In this document: piece by piece, positions 35,081 to 40,287 of the stretch | How positions within the stretch are numbered: the stretch's first letter is position 1 | Layout: every line of letters starts with the position of its first letter | Origin: Candidatus Micrarchaeia archaeon | Lineage (GTDB): Archaea > Micrarchaeota > Micrarchaeia > Burarchaeales > JACRGF01 | Direction of reading: 5' to 3' | DNA: 40,287 nucleotides | NCBI GenBank assembly: GCA_038870455.1 | Contig: JAWCPB010000006.1 | Location: 1 to 40,287 of the forward strand | Notes under the pieces: generated by a model | The model's input: the letters and a program-made list of their open reading frames with translations, nothing else | What the model was told of the DNA's origin: nothing | Databases searched by the model: none | Position numbers and translations under genes: made by a program

Positions 35081-36361
35081 CTATTTTTTCCTGGCTGCTT
35101 TTTCCAGCGCCTTCACTCTCGCGTCCAGATCGACGATGAGCGTCTCGAGCGCTTCCCTCGCCTCTGCCAGCTCCCTTGCGGTTCTTGCGGAGTCCTTCTG
35201 CACCGCCTCCAGCTTTCGGCCCATCTCCTCCCCTTCCTTCATGCTCTTCTGGATTTTTTCCTCGAGCTCCTCGAACTTCTCGTGAAGCTCTTTCTCGAAG
35301 TCAGCGAACTTTCCAACGGACTCGAGCAGCAGCTTCGCCCCCTCCTCGATCTTCTTCTCATTGTCCTCCATTCTCTTCTTCAGCTGCGAGCCCGCCGCGT
35401 CGAGCCTGCCCAGCGACTTTGCCACGCCAGCAACTTCCTTGGCCAGCGCCGCTCGCTGCCCCCGCATCTCCTCCAGCTCGCGCTGGAGCTCGGCAAAGAG
35501 TTTTTTCTCCTCCCCCTCGATTCTTTCTATCTCTTCCTTGAATTTCTTCAGCTCGGCGAGCGCTCTGGCCATTTCGACAAGTTTTTCCTCGCTGCTTTTC
35601 TTCAGCTCGGCTAGGTCCTCCCTCTGAACAACGCCCTCCACGCGCGCCTTCACCTTCTCCGCGTCTTTCGCGAGCGTCTTCAGCGCGCCCTCGGCGGCAT
35701 CCATCCTCTCGAACAGCGCCTGGATGTCCTTGGCCTTCTTCTGCAGCTCGACATAAACGAACTCCACTTTGTCCGCGTGCTTTTCGATGGTCGCCTCAAC
35801 TTCTTTTATGCCGGCCAGCTCCTTTCTCACCTCGTCGCTGAGCTCGACAACCGTGTCGAGGCCCCTGAAGGCCACGAGCCTGCCCTTGACCTCCTTGAGC
35901 TCGTCGGTTGTCGCCCTCTGCACGGCCTCGAGCCGCTCGAGCGCCCCCCTGCCCTCCTCTATCCTCGCCTCGAGCCTCTTCACTTCCTCAAGCAGCTTTT
36001 CGGGCTGCACGCTCGCAACCAGGTCGGCCGCCCTCTCCGCCTTCTCAGCAAGCTCCCTCTCCCTCTTCTCCGCCTCGAGCATGCCCTGCTTGAGCTCGCC
36101 GATTTCCTCGCTGAGCTTGGCGAGCCTCTCGTCGATGGGCCCGCGCATTTCCCTGAGCGCCTGAATCTGCGCCTTCAGGCTCTCGAGCTGCACCTCGAGC
36201 TCCGCCCCGCCCGCCGGCCTCGCCGCTGGCGGCGCCTCCGCTACCTCACCGGCGTACTTTTCCTCGCTCGAGACCATCTCAACCTCTTCCTTGGCGAACT
36301 CTTCTTCCTCGCCGGCCTTTTTTCTCCCCAACAAGCCGAGTATGTCTTCAAGCAAGCCCAT
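35081..36361 (-). CDS. Long coiled-coil protein (426 aa) with amphipathic N-terminus
   Basis: E/K/L/A-rich heptads over about 370 aa, no TM segment or ATPase motif. Starts 4 nt after the stop of the giant ATPase-fusion gene. Confidence 0.85.
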   Translation of the reverse strand: MGLLEDILGLLGRKKAGEEEEFAKEEVEMVSSEEKYAGEVAEAPPAARPAGGAELEVQLESLKAQIQALREMRGPIDERLAKLSEEIGELKQGMLEAEKRERELAEKAERAADLVASVQPEKLLEEVKRLEARIEEGRGALERLEAVQRATTDELKEVKGRLVAFRGLDTVVELSDEVRKELAGIKEVEATIEKHADKVEFVYVELQKKAKDIQALFERMDAAEGALKTLAKDAEKVKARVEGVVQREDLAELKKSSEEKLVEMARALAELKKFKEEIERIEGEEKKLFAELQRELEEMRGQRAALAKEVAGVAKSLGRLDAAGSQLKKRMEDNEKKIEEGAKLLLESVGKFADFEKELHEKFEELEEKIQKSMKEGEEMGRKLEAVQKDSARTARELAEAREALETLIVDLDARVKALEKAARKK

Positions 36362-36365
36362 GCCA

Positions 36366-39300
36366 TCAGCCCTTCGAGGCGGCCACCCCGTACAGGTGTT
36401 CCTTCTCGAGTTTTTCGATCCTCTTGTTCAGCGACTCCATATAAATATCCACCACATTGAACGCCCCTTGCTTGAGCTTGTTCCTGGCCAGCCCAACCTC
36501 GAGCTCAACATCGAACACATCCACTTTCTTCTGCTTGAGCGCCTCCACCCTGGCCGCGAGCATCTCGAGCTGGACGTTGTACTTCTCGTAGGTCTCGAGC
36601 TCTTTGTCCGAAAGGCGGACCACGCTGTGCTGCAGCGGCCTGAATGCCGCGAAATAGGGCCTGCCGTTGTTGTACTCCGGATTTTGTATCATGCCTGTTC
36701 CCACCGTCGCCCTAGCTATCGAGCGCATGGTGTCCTCGCCGTACTTGAGCTTCATCCTCTCGAGGTCGCCCTCGTACTTCGTCCTCATCTGAATCTCTGT
36801 CCCGATGTTCGCCTTTATCTCCCCGACAACATCGGACAGCACCTGCGAGACGAGCACGAGGCCAACGCCCCATTTCCTGAACTCGCGCGCTCCCCTCTCG
36901 AGCTCAAGTATGCCTTCCCCGCGCGCGCCGAACTTGGGGAGAATGCGGTGCACCTCGTCATAGACAATCAGGAGGCGCAGCCGCTGGCTCTCCTCGAGCT
37001 GCGCCGCGAAAACCTGCCTTATCGTGCCGGCATAGAACTTCTCAAGCTCGTCAGTGCTCATTCCGGCAACAGTGAAGATGGTTATCTCGCCGGGGTTCAT
37101 GTACTTCTTGATGTCAATGAGCATGTCGCCGCTTGTCACGTGGTGAATGTTTCCGTTGAAAGCCCTCGCCTCCTCGAGTTTCATGCCGAATTTTCTGTAG
37201 AGAGCCAGCATTTCCTTGTTCTTGTTGGACCTGAGGAAGCCCGTCCATTGCTTGGTGGGGTCGAACACGATTACGGCAATGCCTCTCTTCAGCGCCTCCT
37301 CGACAATCACTTGGGCTGCAACGGTTTTGCCCGAGCCTGTCGCGCCTGCCACGAGCGTGTGCACTGTTAGCTTGTCCAGGTCCATGAAAGCCCTGACTTC
37401 AGTCTCGGCAATCTTTCCTATGAACGCACTGCGCTCTCCGGGCGCAGGCAGTTTTGTGAAGTCAATCATCTCCAGATACCTCTTTCTCCTCGCCGCCTCC
37501 ATCTTCTGCCTGACATAATACGCCGAGCCTCCGCCTGTCGCCAACAGCATGGCGAGAATGGCCCACACGGGCACTCCCGCGATGGTCACCATGAGCGGGT
37601 TGACCTCTACTATGATGGGCACTGTGTAAACTGCCTCCCTGCTCCTGTTCGCCTCTGCTGTGTAGCGCACTACGCCCCTGACCGAGTACCTGCCCGCCGG
37701 AATGTCCGACGGCATTTTCAGCTGCCCAACAATGTGTGCCGGCGTGTCGCCCATGAGCTCGAGCGTCCTCTCGGCATACACCTCCTCGGTCGTCGGGTTG
37801 ATGAACCGCAGGATGAGGTCGCGCAGGAATACCTTGTCGAACGAGCTCGTCATGGTGATGTCTATCTTGAGCGTCTCGCCCGGGCCTATCCTGTCGGTGA
37901 GAGGCTGGAACGTCCACACGAGCTGCCTCTCCTTGAGCTCGAGCACCCTCACCGAGGCGGGAATGCCAACGGTCGTCTCTTCGGTCTGGAGGATGACGCC
38001 TCCAGAGTATATGCCTGCGCTCGCGTCCTGCGGTGTCCTCACCGTGAATAGCAGGTTCGCCTCCTCGCCCGGGCCCAGCTGCACCCTCGTCTTCTCGAAC
38101 AACAGGAACCTCGCCACCTCACCGGTTGCGCTGACGCGCACCAGCCGCGGCTCTGACAGCGCGTTCCTGACGGGAACCACTCCGATCGTTTTTTCTCCGG
38201 GATAAAGCTCGAAGAACAGGCTCTGAATCTGCATTTGCAGGCTTATCGTCCTGTTCAGCAGGGCGAGCAGGCCCGCCTGCGCGAGCGTGGCATTGCCGAG
38301 GCTTTCCTGCAGCCGGCCGATCTCCTCAATGATCCTCGCCGTGTCCTCCGCCTCAGGCGGCCTGGTCAGCATGCTGGTGATGTTCGACGCGAATGAGGCG
38401 AACTCCTCGGGCGTCACGCCTCCGGAGGGAGCCACCGTGACTCCTCCCCCTGCTCTCTGCACCACGGTTGGGACTGGGCAGTCCTGCGGGCAGTTCGAGG
38501 ATGACTCGCCGCGGCTGCCCTCGCACACCCCGTTTCCGCAGATGAACTCGGCCGCCGCATAGCCGGACAGCGCGGTCAGGTTTGCAGAGATTATTTTCGT
38601 GAATGGGTTGACGCTGACACCATCGAGCCTCTGCCAGACCGCACTGCACGAGCGGTTTGCAAAACTCCAGTCGCCGCACCTGTACAGGCCGATGTTCGCC
38701 TCTGACTGGTAGCTTGCGCCCGAGTAGTTCAGCACGAGCGAAATGTTGCTCGAGCTCAATCCTGCCAGCAGCTCCACTGACAGCGCGCGCAGCCTCACCC
38801 CACCAAGCCCAACGAAGGTAACGGGAATTGCGTCAAACCTCAGCGGGTCAACCACATCCGTGGTCAGGCTGACGTTCCTGAAGGTGAGCGTGGCGTTCAA
38901 CGTATCAACAGCGAGCGTGACGTAGTTCGGCGACGGCACGACTTCGCTGTAGTAGCCGGTGGATGCATTGGACGAAAAGTTGGCCAGAAGCTGCAGCGTG
39001 TTCGCCGAGTAGACTGTGATGCCCGCCGCCAGCGGGTTTGCCTCAGCATCCCTGAGCGTGCCCATGAACAGCACCGGAACATAAACGATGACCGCGCCGG
39101 TCGTGCTCCTTACGTTTCCCGTGGTGTCGTTGAGCGTGTAGGTGACGTTGTAATCCCCTCTCGGCTGGGGAGGCAGCGTGGCGTTCCAAGTGAAGTTGTC
39201 GGTTGTGGAAAGATAGTAAGTCGTGCCAGCAAGCGTCACCGAAACATTCTCCACCTGCGCATTATCGGTGGCGTTCACCTCCATGTACGCGCCGGTTCCA

Positions 39301-40287
39301 GTCAACACCATGACGGGATGCAGCAGGCCCGTGATGTTCGGCGGCGTGATGTCCCTGTAACAAAGGCTCGGGCCGCTCACGTTGAACAGGAAAGTGTCAT
39401 TGTTCGGGCTCGTGTAGTTCGTCTCGACGACGAGCGGATGGCACAGCGCATCGGGCGCCGCCGGCGCCCTGAAGCTTGCAAGAGTGAGATTGCCCGCGAG
39501 CGTGATGTTAATAATCTCCGCCTCCAGCCCGGCGACAAAGAGCCTGTAGGTTGCATTCTCTGTTATGAGCGGGCCCCCGAGGTTGATGCTCCAGTTCGCC
39601 TGAATCGAGTCGTTGGCAATGATGTTCGTGCTGGGCGCAATGCTGGCGTTGAGCCTTGGCGCCAGCACGAAGGTGACGTTGTTGCTCTGGTTCGCGGTGA
39701 TTGTCGTCTCGTTGCTTCCCACCCAGCTCCTGTTCGCGCTGACGAAGTGCGGCGTGAGGATTGTCGCGCTGTCGTTGTTCTCAGTCTGGTTCTCTATTAC
39801 GAAGTACGGGTAGGCCCATCCCGTGTCGTTCGTCGAAATGTTGTTGTCCAGCTCGTAATCAACCGGAGCCGTAACTCCGAGGCTGAGGGGGTCGCTCCAC
39901 ATCGTCATGTTGTAGCCCCCCACGTTCCCAAACGCGTCAGCCACATTCACGCTCGCGTTCGCCACATCGCTTCCGTTGGCATCTATCGTGTGCACCCCAA
40001 GCAGCCACGCCCAGGCAACCTTTGCCAAGTCGTTTGCCCCAACCACGGTTTCGTTTATGCTCACATTCCTCGAGTCTATGAGCAGCACGCCCCAGTCGGT
40101 GTTGTTGTTTATGTTGTTGTCGTCTGTTATCACAGCGCTCGAGAGAAAGGCGGCCACGCCCGCCCTGCTGTTGAAGCGAATTGTGTTGTTGGCCAGCGTG
40201 GCGTTGGTGGAGTTGTACGCGCCTGCGCCGAACCTGTTGTATTCGAGGGTATTGCCGGAGAGGAGCGAGTCGTTCGAGCTTATCACC
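36366..40287 (-). CDS. Giant surface protein (beta-helix, Ig-like and Cys-motif ectodomain) + TM helix + C-terminal HerA/VirB4/FtsK-like ATPase; 5' end outside the window
   Basis: Uninterrupted frame of at least 1306 aa. PbH1-like Asn repeats, many N-x-S/T sequons, CGNGVCE...NCPQDC, TM segment (VTIAGVPVWAILAMLLATGGGSAYYV), Walker A GATGSGKT, VFDPT, Walker B IVYDEVH, REFRKWGVGLVLVSQ. Confidence 0.88.
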   Translation of the reverse strand, partial: VISSNDSLLSGNTLEYNRFGAGAYNSTNATLANNTIRFNSRAGVAAFLSSAVITDDNNINNNTDWGVLLIDSRNVSINETVVGANDLAKVAWAWLLGVHTIDANGSDVANASVNVADAFGNVGGYNMTMWSDPLSLGVTAPVDYELDNNISTNDTGWAYPYFVIENQTENNDSATILTPHFVSANRSWVGSNETTITANQSNNVTFVLAPRLNASIAPSTNIIANDSIQANWSINLGGPLITENATYRLFVAGLEAEIINITLAGNLTLASFRAPAAPDALCHPLVVETNYTSPNNDTFLFNVSGPSLCYRDITPPNITGLLHPVMVLTGTGAYMEVNATDNAQVENVSVTLAGTTYYLSTTDNFTWNATLPPQPRGDYNVTYTLNDTTGNVRSTTGAVIVYVPVLFMGTLRDAEANPLAAGITVYSANTLQLLANFSSNASTGYYSEVVPSPNYVTLAVDTLNATLTFRNVSLTTDVVDPLRFDAIPVTFVGLGGVRLRALSVELLAGLSSSNISLVLNYSGASYQSEANIGLYRCGDWSFANRSCSAVWQRLDGVSVNPFTKIISANLTALSGYAAAEFICGNGVCEGSRGESSSNCPQDCPVPTVVQRAGGGVTVAPSGGVTPEEFASFASNITSMLTRPPEAEDTARIIEEIGRLQESLGNATLAQAGLLALLNRTISLQMQIQSLFFELYPGEKTIGVVPVRNALSEPRLVRVSATGEVARFLLFEKTRVQLGPGEEANLLFTVRTPQDASAGIYSGGVILQTEETTVGIPASVRVLELKERQLVWTFQPLTDRIGPGETLKIDITMTSSFDKVFLRDLILRFINPTTEEVYAERTLELMGDTPAHIVGQLKMPSDIPAGRYSVRGVVRYTAEANRSREAVYTVPIIVEVNPLMVTIAGVPVWAILAMLLATGGGSAYYVRQKMEAARRKRYLEMIDFTKLPAPGERSAFIGKIAETEVRAFMDLDKLTVHTLVAGATGSGKTVAAQVIVEEALKRGIAVIVFDPTKQWTGFLRSNKNKEMLALYRKFGMKLEEARAFNGNIHHVTSGDMLIDIKKYMNPGEITIFTVAGMSTDELEKFYAGTIRQVFAAQLEESQRLRLLIVYDEVHRILPKFGARGEGILELERGAREFRKWGVGLVLVSQVLSDVVGEIKANIGTEIQMRTKYEGDLERMKLKYGEDTMRSIARATVGTGMIQNPEYNNGRPYFAAFRPLQHSVVRLSDKELETYEKYNVQLEMLAARVEALKQKKVDVFDVELEVGLARNKLKQGAFNVVDIYMESLNKRIEKLEKEHLYGVAASKG

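Noticed and set aside
35081-36361. SMC/Rad50 call for the coiled-coil protein, and a HerA-NurA-Mre11-Rad50 repair operon reading of the locus
   Set aside because: There is no Walker A/B, signature, hinge or zinc-hook motif, and no nurA or mre11 adjacent. The ATPase is membrane-anchored behind an ectodomain.
1-40287. CRISPR arrays, tRNA and rRNA genes
   Set aside because: I saw no regularly spaced direct repeats, T-loop/cloverleaf or rRNA-like tracts by eye, and intergenic gaps are mostly too short. A covariance-model scan was not possible.

Overview
Gene-dense, GC-rich archaeal chromosome segment. Alba, Nep1, NucS, NreA, type 2 IDI, archaeal GluRS/AspRS and TATA-like boxes about 25-30 nt before start codons show it is archaeal. 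A DPANN (Micrarchaeota-like) origin is inferred from the compact layout and the style of its surface proteins. From left to right: (1) the edge of an AT-rich ArsR + ArsP-like permease island with a palindromic operator, a decayed IS6-like transposase and a KaiC/RAD55-like remnant; (2) a redox/central-metabolism block with endonuclease IV, Trx, ferredoxin, 2-oxoacid:ferredoxin oxidoreductase, an SDR, TrxB and GGR; (3) a nucS broken by three frameshifts; (4) a candidate vitamin-transporter S component, lipA and a complete E1a-E1b-E2-E3 2-oxoacid dehydrogenase operon; (5) housekeeping genes including VIT1, nnrE, nep1, mgtA, nreA, a HAD, glmM/glmU-like genes, alba, aspS, AK6, MEMO1, fni and gltX. 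The standout is at the right end: a giant (>1300 aa, 5'-truncated) sequon-rich surface protein joined through one TM helix to a cytoplasmic HerA/VirB4/FtsK-like ATPase, with a 426-aa coiled-coil gene 4 nt downstream. This is a candidate contact-dependent translocation system. All calls rest on motif recognition only; no searches were run.
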